A stretch of DNA of 64,000 nt from Actinomycetota bacterium. GTDB lineage: Bacteria; Actinomycetota; Actinomycetes; Actinomycetales; Microbacteriaceae. Position 1 is the first letter of the stretch. Every line of letters begins with the position of its first letter. A program made the position numbers and the translations under genes. The notes under the pieces are model-generated. The model made no database searches and was not told the DNA's origin. It worked only from the letters and a program-made list of their open reading frames with translations. Location of the stretch: positions 234-64,233 of the forward strand of contig RFYI01000002.1 of assembly GCA_009921165.1 (NCBI GenBank), written 5' to 3'. Positions 11,538 through 20,350 of this stretch are shown here, piece by piece.

Positions 11538-12350
11538 ATGACCGAACTAACCCCAAAAGTGATTCGTACCGCCACCTTGCAAGAGTTCAAGGTAAAGCGA
11601 CAGAAGTTTTCTTGTCTTACTTCTTACGATTCACTAACAGCTGGGATTTTCGACGAAGCAGGGATTGAAGTGCTCCTGGTTGGAGATTCGGCTGCTGATA
11701 ACGCGTTAGGCTACGAAACTACTCTCCCAATAACTCTCGAGGAGATGATTCCTTTCGGAAGAGCGGTTGCCAGAGCAGCTAAGCGCGCGCTAGTTGTGAT
11801 AGACATGCCATTCGGTAGCTACGAAGCAAGCGCAGATCAGGCTTTGGCGAATGCAGTAAAGATCATGAAACTTACCGGCGCAGGCGCAGTCAAGCTCGAA
11901 GGCGGTCTGAGAAGTGTTGCTCAAATCAGGTCTCTAACCATGGCTGGCATCCCTGTGATGGGACACATAGGCTTCACACCGCAAAGCATCCATTCACTCG
12001 GTGGCGCAAAAGTGCAAGGTCGGGGTGAGGGTGCTGAACAGTTGCTCGAAGATGCTCGAGCAGTTCAGGCAGCCGGAGCATTCGCTGTTGTCCTGGAATT
12101 GGTTCCAGCATTGCTTGCAAAACAGGTAACAGATGAACTACTCATTCCCACAGTAGGTATTGGAGCCGGGGCTGGAACAGACGCTCAGATTCTTGTTTGG
12201 ACTGACTTTGCTGGTCTTTACCCAGGTAAGCCCCGGAAATTCGTAAAAAAATATGCAAATCTGCGAGAAACTCTCCTAGAAGCCGCCGGCACATATCGCA
12301 CCGAGGTCTTGGAAGGCAAATTCCCAACTGTTGAGAATTCGCACGAGTAA
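11538..12350 (+). CDS. panB: 3-methyl-2-oxobutanoate hydroxymethyltransferase
   Basis: LVGDS, DMPFGSY, VKLEGG, GHIGFTPQ, IGAG motifs. Confidence 0.97.
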   Translation: MTELTPKVIRTATLQEFKVKRQKFSCLTSYDSLTAGIFDEAGIEVLLVGDSAADNALGYETTLPITLEEMIPFGRAVARAAKRALVVIDMPFGSYEASADQALANAVKIMKLTGAGAVKLEGGLRSVAQIRSLTMAGIPVMGHIGFTPQSIHSLGGAKVQGRGEGAEQLLEDARAVQAAGAFAVVLELVPALLAKQVTDELLIPTVGIGAGAGTDAQILVWTDFAGLYPGKPRKFVKKYANLRETLLEAAGTYRTEVLEGKFPTVENSHE

Positions 12351-12533
12351 CTAATCTTCCTGGTCCTCTTTGAACCATTCCTCTGATCTAGCACGTAGGG
12401 TTTCAAGAGCATGCTCAGCCTCTACACGAGTATGAAATGGCCCTATACGGTAAATTGCTAAAGCCTGTTTCCCAACTTCAACTTGCATGGTCTTAGTGTT
12501 GAACCAGAACTCATTTTCATTTGGATTGGTGAT
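12351..12533 (-). CDS. Small conserved actinobacterial protein (about 60 aa) divergent from map; start codon unresolved (possibly ATC)
   Basis: Manual translation ITNPNENEFWFNTKTMQVEVGKQALAIYRIGPFHTRVEAEHALETLRARSEEWFKEDQED*; absent from the ORF track; resembles the small W-x-N...GPF-x-T..EA..W protein recalled at this locus. Confidence 0.7.
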   Translation of the reverse strand: MTNPNENEFWFNTKTMQVEVGKQALAIYRIGPFHTRVEAEHALETLRARSEEWFKEDQED

Positions 12534-12596
12534 TTGCGAACCCTTCCCTGCGTTTCACTTCTGAGCATACCTAACGGCTCTGCCTAGTATTGAAGC

Positions 12597-13466
12597 ATGC
12601 CCAAGGACATTCAAACAGGTAAGTTGGTGCCTGGTCGAATTTCCTCTCGATTAGCAGTCCCTAATTCAATTCCCAGACCAGAGTATGTGGGGAGACCTGG
12701 GCCAGCTAAATTTCTTGGAAGCAACATAAAAAGTCCTTCACAGATCGAGAAGATCAGATCAGCTGGTAAATTGGCCGCTCAAGCTATCGAGCTTGTTGGA
12801 TCACAGGCGAAAGCCGGAATCACAACAGATGAGCTGGACAAGATTGCTCACGAATTCCTTATCGACAATGGTGCCTATCCATCAACGCTCGGTTATCGGG
12901 GCTACCCTAAGTCCATTTGCTCTTCTGTAAATGAAGTGATCTGCCACGGCATTCCAGACGACACAGTGCTTGAGGATGGGGACATCGTCAACATCGACAT
13001 AACTGCATACGTAGATGGTTTCCACGGTGATAGTAACCAAACCTTTCTTGTCGGTACCGTCTCAGAAGAGGTCTCGCTGCTTGTCGAGAGAACTCGTGAG
13101 GCATTAAACCGAGGAATCTCTGTCGTCTTACCTGGCCGAGCAGTGAACCTAATCGGCAGAGCCATCGAGTCATACGCCAAGCGCTTTGATTACGGTGTAG
13201 TTAGAGACTTCACAGGCCACGGCATCGGAGAGAGCTTCCATTCGGGATTGATAATCCCCCACTACGATTCAGCTCCGATGTATGCGGACGTGATGGAAGC
13301 GGGCATGGTGTTCACGATAGAACCAATGCTCACCCTGGGGACACACAATTGGACTATGTGGCCAGATGGCTGGACAGTTGTGACTAAAGATAAAAGTATT
13401 TCTGCACAATTCGAACACACCCTAGTAGTCACTGAAACAGGTGCAGAAATACTAACCTTGTCATAA
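12597..13466 (+). CDS. map: Type I methionyl aminopeptidase
   Basis: CHGIPD, DIT, HGD, GHGIG, TIEP, AQFEH metal ligands. Confidence 0.97.
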   Translation: MPKDIQTGKLVPGRISSRLAVPNSIPRPEYVGRPGPAKFLGSNIKSPSQIEKIRSAGKLAAQAIELVGSQAKAGITTDELDKIAHEFLIDNGAYPSTLGYRGYPKSICSSVNEVICHGIPDDTVLEDGDIVNIDITAYVDGFHGDSNQTFLVGTVSEEVSLLVERTREALNRGISVVLPGRAVNLIGRAIESYAKRFDYGVVRDFTGHGIGESFHSGLIIPHYDSAPMYADVMEAGMVFTIEPMLTLGTHNWTMWPDGWTVVTKDKSISAQFEHTLVVTETGAEILTLS

Positions 13467-13474
13467 GGACGGAC

Positions 13475-14230
13475 ATGAGTAAAAAAGCTATTGGCATAGA
13501 CATCGGCGGCACTGGCATCAAAGGTGCGGTAGTGGATGTCAAAAGCGGCAAACTGCTGAGTGAGAGATTCCGTTATCCGACCCCTGAAGGCGGATCACCC
13601 AAAGCCATCGCTAATACTCTTAGAGAATTAATAAAGAACCTGCCTAACCCGCAAGGGTTGCCTGTTGGTATTTGTTTTCCAGCTGTAGTAAAGAATGGCG
13701 TGACCATGTCGGCGGCAAACGTATCTAGAGAATGGATTGGGCTTGATGCCGACAGGCTTTTTCAAAGAGAACTTAAGACAACTGTTCACGTTTTGAATGA
13801 TGCAGACGCGGCCGGTTTAGCTGAGGCTAAGTATGGGTCAGCAAGTAAACAAAAGGGTTTAGTAATAGTTACCACACTTGGAACTGGCATCGGTACCGCG
13901 TTGATTTACAACGGAAAGCTTATTCCTAATTCCGAACTTGGCCATCTAGAGATTTCGGGTATCGATTATGAAACTAAAGCGGCATTTTCCGCAAAGGAAC
14001 GAGAAAACCTAACTTGGGCCCAATGGACAAAACGCTTGCAAACTTACTACACAGCATTGGAAGCATTGCTTACTCCCGACTTGTTTATAGTTGGCGGTGG
14101 CGTATCAAAAGAGCACGATCAGTTCTTACCATTACTAAAACTTAAGACACCTATTGTTCCTGCTTTCAATAGAAACAGCGCTGGAATAATGGGTGCGGCC
14201 TATTGGGCTAAGAAGCACACAACAGATTAG
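13475..14230 (+). CDS. ppgK: Polyphosphate/ATP glucokinase (ROK family)
   Basis: GIDIGGTGIKG, NDADAAG, LGTGIG, PNSELGH, GGGVSK. Confidence 0.93.
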   Translation: MSKKAIGIDIGGTGIKGAVVDVKSGKLLSERFRYPTPEGGSPKAIANTLRELIKNLPNPQGLPVGICFPAVVKNGVTMSAANVSREWIGLDADRLFQRELKTTVHVLNDADAAGLAEAKYGSASKQKGLVIVTTLGTGIGTALIYNGKLIPNSELGHLEISGIDYETKAAFSAKERENLTWAQWTKRLQTYYTALEALLTPDLFIVGGGVSKEHDQFLPLLKLKTPIVPAFNRNSAGIMGAAYWAKKHTTD

Positions 14231-14232
14231 TT

Positions 14233-14581
14233 GGAGGGGTCGGCCGATACGCCGGGTTCTGTACCTTTCGGTGACGGCCATCTATCTAGCGACAGTGTTA
14301 CCACTGCCATCAAGCGGTCTACCCGAAGACTTGGGCGAGCAGCCCTCAAACGCCTTCTGTATGACCTTGCTCCGAGCGAGGTTTACCTAGCCGCCCTAGT
14401 TGCCTAGAACGCTGGTGGTCTCTTACACCACCGTTTCAGCCTTACCACTTGCGTGGCGGTTTACTCTCTGTTGCACTTTCTTGCGGTTTGCACCGAGTGG
14501 GTGTTACCCACCACTCTGCTCTATGGAGCCCGGACGTTCCTCGTTAGCTTTCGCTACCGCGACCGTCTGGCCGACCCTTCC
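14233..14581 (-). ncRNA. rnpB: RNase P RNA, class A
   Basis: Minus strand has GAGGAACGTCCGGGCTC and ACAGAACCCGGCGTAT (P4 halves), AGTGCAACAGA, GGTAAAC; terminal P1 pairing GGAAGGGTCGGCC/GGCCGACCCCTCC. Confidence 0.97.
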
Positions 14582-14620
14582 AATTTCAAGGGTATCGCAG
14601 GCCAATTGGAACTGAAAGCC

Positions 14621-15814
14621 CTACAAATGCGAGGTGTAATTGATGACAGTAACTTCAGCTGCTTCTTCGCCCCAGAATCGAAGCACCGTTATTGAGCAAG
14701 GGGCGATACTGAGCCTCCAATAAGCCGGCCAATTAGCCTGAATTGCCGCCTTTATAAAACCCCTAATTGGCATTACGTGACTAACTACGACAACTGTCTG
14801 ACCTTCATACTCTTCAAGGATTGAGCTTTTTCCTCTTTGAACCCGCTCATCGAATTCCTCCAAGGATTCGCCCCCGCCGGGAGGAGCAATCTTTATATCT
14901 CCTCGCCACTGGCTGTAAAGTTCAGGCCAGGTCGCTGCAACTTCGGCGTTCGTGTGTCCATCCCAAGCACCAAAAGCAATTTCAGCGATGTCATCATTAG
15001 TAGCTAGTTTGACTCCCAAACGATGGCCAATTATTTCTGCGGTTTCTCTAGTGCGAGCTATAGGGGATGAAACTATGGCAGTCGGTTTCAAAACCCTAGA
15101 AAATATTCCTGTTTGTCCTACTTTAGCTAGTTCATCAGCTACTAAAGTTGCGTCCTCTCGACCAAGCTCACTGAGTTGAGGATCTTCTCCGCCACGACCA
15201 GAAATCTTGTGAGTTTCAGTTAGCAATGTCCTACCGTGACGAACCAAAATTATCGTAGTCAATTTCTTCGTAACATCTCGAGGTGCACGAACCGAAGAAG
15301 GAAGCTCAGGATTGTATTCAAGATCGGCAGCAGTCTGCTTTGTTGCTAAGGTGACAACATTTATGGTTGATGTTCCAGGCTCTCCTATGTATTTCCTAAT
15401 CACTCTTGATTCAGCGTCCATCGCTTCGTTAGCTAGAGCATCTGCCTTACTGTTTTGCTCTCTAGGAATCCACTCGAAACTTATCTCTCTAACACCAATT
15501 GCTGAAGCCATTTGAGATGAGAGTTCCTGCATTCCCTCATTCTTGATCTTCCAACGGCCTGACATCTGTTCGACGACTAGTTTGCTATCCATCCGAACAT
15601 GCAGCTGCGCCGAAGGTACTATCTCATTAGCAAGTTCTATGGCAGCTAACACTGCTTTATATTCAGCCACATTATTAGTAGCAATACCGATGAAAATTGC
15701 AAGCTCGGCAAGAATCGCACCGGTTTCCGCATCAATCAAAACAGCACCAGATCCCGCAGGGCCTGGATTACCTCGAGAACCACCATCAGCCTCGATGATT
15801 ACTTTATGAGTCAT
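14621..15814 (-). CDS. Bifunctional RNase HI / histidine phosphatase (CobC-like)
   Basis: DGGSRGNPG, TNNVAEY, MDSKLV RNase H motifs; RHG and HV phosphatase motifs; ATG at 15814 overlaps the upstream stop. Confidence 0.93.
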   Translation of the reverse strand: MTHKVIIEADGGSRGNPGPAGSGAVLIDAETGAILAELAIFIGIATNNVAEYKAVLAAIELANEIVPSAQLHVRMDSKLVVEQMSGRWKIKNEGMQELSSQMASAIGVREISFEWIPREQNSKADALANEAMDAESRVIRKYIGEPGTSTINVVTLATKQTAADLEYNPELPSSVRAPRDVTKKLTTIILVRHGRTLLTETHKISGRGGEDPQLSELGREDATLVADELAKVGQTGIFSRVLKPTAIVSSPIARTRETAEIIGHRLGVKLATNDDIAEIAFGAWDGHTNAEVAATWPELYSQWRGDIKIAPPGGGESLEEFDERVQRGKSSILEEYEGQTVVVVSHVMPIRGFIKAAIQANWPAYWRLSIAPCSITVLRFWGEEAAEVTVINYTSHL

Positions 15815-16530
15815 CGAACCATCATTGCTTGGCACTCTGGACAATATCCGATCTCATCTTCGGGCAGTGAACTGAGCGAATCGATTGTGTTTGCGTTTAA
15901 ACCCATGCGACAAGCAGAACATGATCGGTTTGCTACTTGACCGACAGCTAACTGACGCTTTGCTAATAATTCATAGGCGGTCATCACTTCGGCGGAAATC
16001 TTTCCAACCAGCGTTTCCCGATCAGCGGTCAATTTCCTTCCTCTCGCTTTGAGCCCATCTACCTGCGCTTGAATTTCGGTCTGCAGTTGTTCCATTTTGC
16101 TATTGATTCCGTCTCTACGAGACGAGACCTCAGTTAGGACTGATTGTGAGCTTTCGAGATCGGCTAAAACAGCAAGTTCAGTGTCTTCTAGTTCACCTCT
16201 TCTTCGTAGCAGAGATTCGATTTCGCTTTGGAGACCCTGGGCATCTTTAGGCGAAGAAGTTTGATTCAATCGTTCCTTGTTTCGAGCAATTCGCGCTTCG
16301 ACCAGGTGCAAGTCATCGTCAGCACGTTTTTGCTCGGTTTCTAGATTTTCAACTTGTGACCGAGCAGCAATCAACTCACCAGCAACAGATGCTAATTGTG
16401 CCCGTAAAGATTCCAACTCCTTTGAACCAATTGCGGTGGTGATTTCGTGCTTAATCTGAGTAATCTCAAGATCAACTTCCGATAAACGAAGCAGAGCCGA
16501 TTGGCCAACTTTATCCAGTTTCATGCTCAA
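15811..16530 (-). CDS. Coiled-coil protein with C4-type zinc ribbon (DUF164 family)
   Basis: Long coiled coil; CSAC...CPEC at the C-terminus; conserved operon position. Confidence 0.9.
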   Translation of the reverse strand: MSMKLDKVGQSALLRLSEVDLEITQIKHEITTAIGSKELESLRAQLASVAGELIAARSQVENLETEQKRADDDLHLVEARIARNKERLNQTSSPKDAQGLQSEIESLLRRRGELEDTELAVLADLESSQSVLTEVSSRRDGINSKMEQLQTEIQAQVDGLKARGRKLTADRETLVGKISAEVMTAYELLAKRQLAVGQVANRSCSACRMGLNANTIDSLSSLPEDEIGYCPECQAMMVR

Positions 16531-16535
16531 TTTCC

Positions 16536-17369
16536 TTATTGGTCGATTGGGTTGTTCATTAGAAAATCGAATACATCGGTTCTGATGTCACAGATGTCGA
16601 TCGCAAGGCCGGGTAACATTTTTTCCAGTTGTTCGGAGGCAGTACCTAGCCACAGGTACTCAGCAGCCCAGTGAGAAATATCAATCAGTGAAAACTCAAC
16701 TTTTCTAGCTTTAGCTAATTCAAGTATCTCCTGAGCTGGATGATGACGAAGATCTGAAGTTATGTATACATCAGCTCCTGAATCGAGAGCGAGATTTAAG
16801 TAATTGTCGCCAGCGCCTGCGCAAATAGCAACGCTACTTACCTCTCGATTGAAATCGCCAGCAACACGAACACCTGTCGCGGTTTGCGGAAGGAAAGAAT
16901 TCAGGCTTGCTGACAATTCGCCGAGTGTAGTGACTTGGCTAAAGTTTCCTATAATTCCTATTCCTTGTACCCCATCGGCTAATACCGCAAGTGGTCGAAC
17001 CTCTGTTATCGCTAAACGTTTTGCAAGCTCTGCCGATGTTCCAGTAGTAACTACATCAGCGTTAGTGTGAGCAGTGAAAAGTGTGATTTCAGCTTTGATT
17101 AGTTCAGAAACGATACTTCCCTTCGCTCCCTCCTCATCAAGATTGGTAACGCCTTTTAGTAGTAATGGATGATGCGCGAAGATAAGGTCTGCGCCAACCT
17201 CTTTGGCGTACTCAACAACGCTGGAGGTGACATCTACCGTAAGTAAAACCCTAGAAACGCTGTGTTGTCCTGAGCCGACAACTAGTCCAACGACATCCCA
17301 TTCCTCAGCGTTGCCACTAGGCCAAAGATGTTCCGCGGCTGCAATGAATTCTTGTACTTTGTAGTTCAT
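16536..17369 (-). CDS. Nif3-like dinuclear metal-centre protein
   Basis: WDxVGL, HHPLL, HTNAD, GAG, SDLRHH, HWAAE. Confidence 0.93.
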   Translation of the reverse strand: MNYKVQEFIAAAEHLWPSGNAEEWDVVGLVVGSGQHSVSRVLLTVDVTSSVVEYAKEVGADLIFAHHPLLLKGVTNLDEEGAKGSIVSELIKAEITLFTAHTNADVVTTGTSAELAKRLAITEVRPLAVLADGVQGIGIIGNFSQVTTLGELSASLNSFLPQTATGVRVAGDFNREVSSVAICAGAGDNYLNLALDSGADVYITSDLRHHPAQEILELAKARKVEFSLIDISHWAAEYLWLGTASEQLEKMLPGLAIDICDIRTDVFDFLMNNPIDQ

Positions 17370-19555
17370 TATTCTTGGCCGACAAAGATGTCGTTCAGTT
17401 GTTCGCGTCTGGACTCCACCGCTAACACTTCGCGTTCTTGCTTTCGGATTTGAGGTATACGCACTGCAATTGTCAGAACAATTCCAAGCAAGACTGTAAT
17501 CGCGAAACCCAGAGGTGCTGCCAGTAGGTCTCCCGCTAAACCAATAGACGGCAATCCGAACCCGAAGTATGAGAAACCAAGGAGATTTACAGGGATAAAT
17601 GCGACGGCACTACCTAGCGTCACTAACCAAATGGATATCGATATCAGATTGAATTTCTTATAAAAACCATACGAACGAGACAGGGAAAGTTCGTGGTACG
17701 CGATTTTCCGAAGAGCAACGTCAGCAATAAACAAACCAATCCAACCGGCACTCAACGCGGTAACCAGAACAAATAGATTCACAAGATATTCAAGCTTCTG
17801 TGAAACAGGTTGTTGCGCGAAAAGTAGCAATAATCCAACGACAGCCAAGGAACTAAGAATAATTCCTAGAATTTTGCTACGCATTCTAAACAAAGCGAGA
17901 AAATCAAGTGATGCTGTCTTCAGATTCAACAAAGTCGCAAATACAACGCTTAGCCCAACTCCGTATGTCAATGCTCCCCTAGACCAATTAGGCATCTGAG
18001 CGATGGTCTCAGAAATCCCTGCAGAAGCTGAACCCAGCCACATAAGCGTCACCAACCCAACGACGACAGGTGCAACTGAATTCGAGAGCAACACAAAACC
18101 GAAAACTTTAGATCCTCGAGGCTTCATAGGAATAGCTTTAGACAGGTTAGGTGCAATAGCGACCCAGAGCGTAACAGCAACCATCACAACTAAAGCAATC
18201 CCGACTAAGGATTCTTTACTAAGTATTCCAACTTGACCTAAAGCGACCATTGTGAAGTTACCTAGCGGTAATCCCGAGAAACTTTCAGCTACAAGAACAA
18301 AAGCCAAGATGCTAACAAATACTTGCACCAGTCTGCTCGCTGACCCTCTAACGAAGGAAAGTGCTGCAACTCCAGAAAGGACAAGAAGTTGAACGATGAA
18401 ACCTGTGGTTATGTTAATCCCTGCGAATGTAGCAGCGATTTCATCAAAACTCGACAGCGGAACAGCAACTCCATCGAGCAAGTAAGTTAAAGTGCCCAAA
18501 AACAGAGCAGTAACTAACGCGCGAGACGCAAACAGAATGCTGAGTGGAATTGAGTTACCCCAGACTCCAAACACTGCACGCGAAATCATCGCCGTTGAAA
18601 GACCGCTTCTCTTGCCAGCTAAAGATGCAACACCTATAAGAGTCCCGGCTACTAGATAACCCACAACTAGATCGACTGCGATTGCGCTAGCGCTTAAACC
18701 GAGGTGAATCAAAGTAAAAACTAAAATCATTGGTACCACAGTTGCTGAAGCACCAAGCCATGAGAATAACTGAGAGATTGGTTTGCGGTCTCTGTTTTCA
18801 TCAGACGGAATTGCAACGTTAGTTGAAGTATCTCTCGAAGAAACATGGTTTTGCCTTGAATCTTCTAAGGCTGTGAGCTCTTCCTCCGCTGAAGCAGCAG
18901 CAAGCAGTTGATCAAAAGCATCGGCTGTCTCAGAGCCTTCTGGATGCAAATCAGATGCAATCACTGCAACTTCTTCAACGCTCAAACCTTCCTCGTCAAC
19001 AACTGAAACAAGCACATCTTCAACAACTGTTTCTTCAACCACAGGATCTTCAACAACTGTTTCTTCAACGACAGGCTCTTCAATTACTGGCTCTACTACA
19101 ACATCTTCTGGAACGCTTTCACGAGCCGGAGACTGAGTCCTTATGAACCAGCTAAATGGATTGTCAGTGGAGGTGACAGTAGAAGTGGATTCTTCTGCAA
19201 TGGCTTGTTCTTCAACAGGCTTCTGCTCAGCTTCGCTTATAACCTCCTCATAAGCTTGAATTGGATTTGCATCAGTAACCGGTTCTTCGTATGTTTGGGT
19301 AACAGGCGTTGAACCCTGAACACTACGACGGTAATTACTGAGTGCTGTCTGCGCCTCTAAAGACCCATCACTTTCCATCTGAGCAACCCAACTGGCTATC
19401 TCAGCGTCTTCCTGAGCTCGAAGCGCTTCTTGAGCAACAAGTAGCTCCATAACTGCTTCGATGCCACTATGCGAGGATGTGGCTAGGTTTACACGGGCGG
19501 CGAGTTCTTCATCGCTTAGGGATTTACGAACTGGTGGTTGAAAACTAGATTCCAT
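17369..19555 (-). CDS. Polytopic membrane protein, NCS1/cytosine-permease-like, with a long acidic N-terminal extension
   Basis: About 260-aa E/V/P-rich N-terminus then about 12 TM segments; GKRSGLSTAMISRAVFGVWG resembles the NCS1 motif; start at ATG 19555 behind a TAGGAT -10. Confidence 0.75.
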   Translation of the reverse strand: MESSFQPPVRKSLSDEELAARVNLATSSHSGIEAVMELLVAQEALRAQEDAEIASWVAQMESDGSLEAQTALSNYRRSVQGSTPVTQTYEEPVTDANPIQAYEEVISEAEQKPVEEQAIAEESTSTVTSTDNPFSWFIRTQSPARESVPEDVVVEPVIEEPVVEETVVEDPVVEETVVEDVLVSVVDEEGLSVEEVAVIASDLHPEGSETADAFDQLLAAASAEEELTALEDSRQNHVSSRDTSTNVAIPSDENRDRKPISQLFSWLGASATVVPMILVFTLIHLGLSASAIAVDLVVGYLVAGTLIGVASLAGKRSGLSTAMISRAVFGVWGNSIPLSILFASRALVTALFLGTLTYLLDGVAVPLSSFDEIAATFAGINITTGFIVQLLVLSGVAALSFVRGSASRLVQVFVSILAFVLVAESFSGLPLGNFTMVALGQVGILSKESLVGIALVVMVAVTLWVAIAPNLSKAIPMKPRGSKVFGFVLLSNSVAPVVVGLVTLMWLGSASAGISETIAQMPNWSRGALTYGVGLSVVFATLLNLKTASLDFLALFRMRSKILGIILSSLAVVGLLLLFAQQPVSQKLEYLVNLFVLVTALSAGWIGLFIADVALRKIAYHELSLSRSYGFYKKFNLISISIWLVTLGSAVAFIPVNLLGFSYFGFGLPSIGLAGDLLAAPLGFAITVLLGIVLTIAVRIPQIRKQEREVLAVESRREQLNDIFVGQE
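19017..19091. repeat. In-frame tandem repeat (30-bp units with 15-bp subunits) encoding (P/T)VVEE-type repeats
   Basis: TCTTCAACAACTGTTTCTTCAACCACAGGA / TCTTCAACAACTGTTTCTTCAACGACAGGC / partial TCTTCAATTACTGGC. Confidence 0.85.
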
Positions 19556-19612
19556 AGGCAAATCCTACCGCCGAGGCAAAATCTATGCCTCTAGGCGGAG
19601 GTAGTCGAAAAG

Positions 19613-19685
19613 TGGGCCCTACCGGGCTCGAACCGATGACATCCACGGTGTAAGCGTGGCGCTCTACCAACTGAGCTAAAGGCCC
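19613..19685 (-). tRNA. tRNA-Val(TAC)
   Basis: GGGCCTTTAGCTCAGTTGGTAGAGC...CCACG-CTTACAC-CGTGG...GGTTCGAGCCC; CCA not encoded; downstream hairpin at 19565-19604. Confidence 0.96.
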
Positions 19686-19733
19686 GACTCTTGACTGCAG
19701 CGCCAAGTGGCGCTTAGAAAACTATACCGCAGG

Positions 19734-20198
19734 CTAGAGGGTCAATGTTGCCAGAGCGCGATCGTATTCATCCAAAGATCGTGCCTGGCCCGGAGCTGTA
19801 ATGAATTTAGCCACTAAAACCCCGTGCTTATCCACCACAAATGTCCCGCGATTAGCTATTCCATGCTCTTCTAGGAAAACACCATAGTCTTTGGCTACCT
19901 GCCCGTGAGGCCAGAAATCCGCCAAAACTGAGAATTTGTAACCTTCGTGCTCGGCGAAAACCTTCTGAACAAACTTGCTATCAACCGAAATAGCTAGCAA
20001 TTCAACATCGCTTGACGCGAATTTTTCGAAGTTATCCCGAATTTCGCAAAGTTCACCTGTGCAGATACCTGAGAACGAAAGGGGGTAAAACACGACCACA
20101 ACAGGCTTGTTACCCCTGAATTGTGAGAGTGTGACCGTTTCGCCGAACTGGTTTACAAGGCCAAAATCTGGTGCAAGGTCGCCGATAATCAAAGACAT
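19734..20198 (-). CDS. Peroxiredoxin, AhpE-like
   Basis: FYPLSFSGICTGELC, DFWPHG; divergent from aceE as in other Actinobacteria. Confidence 0.92.
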   Translation of the reverse strand: MSLIIGDLAPDFGLVNQFGETVTLSQFRGNKPVVVVFYPLSFSGICTGELCEIRDNFEKFASSDVELLAISVDSKFVQKVFAEHEGYKFSVLADFWPHGQVAKDYGVFLEEHGIANRGTFVVDKHGVLVAKFITAPGQARSLDEYDRALATLTL

Positions 20199-20350
20199 TG
20201 AATCTCCTTTATAGATAGGTTTGGGCTAATCCAAGAAAGCCCTGATAACAACCCTAAACTTATATCTGGCTCTAAAAGGGCCAAGCCATGAATTATGTGT
20301 CTAAAGTCGCCATAACTGTCTTTAGCCCTAAGAACCGAAACGAGGATTCG

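Noticed and set aside
14193-14695. Three plus-strand ORFs of 65-80 aa
   Set aside because: They are antisense to the RNase P RNA gene and show no protein features.
19017-19091. 30-bp repeats considered as a CRISPR array
   Set aside because: Tandem with no spacers, in frame inside a CDS, and no cas genes nearby.
20288-20350. Longer ORF-track starts for aceE (also nadE 9828, leuA 47249, DUF3145 27067, RNase H 15844)
   Set aside because: SD or -10 placement and overlap with neighbouring features favour the downstream starts used above.
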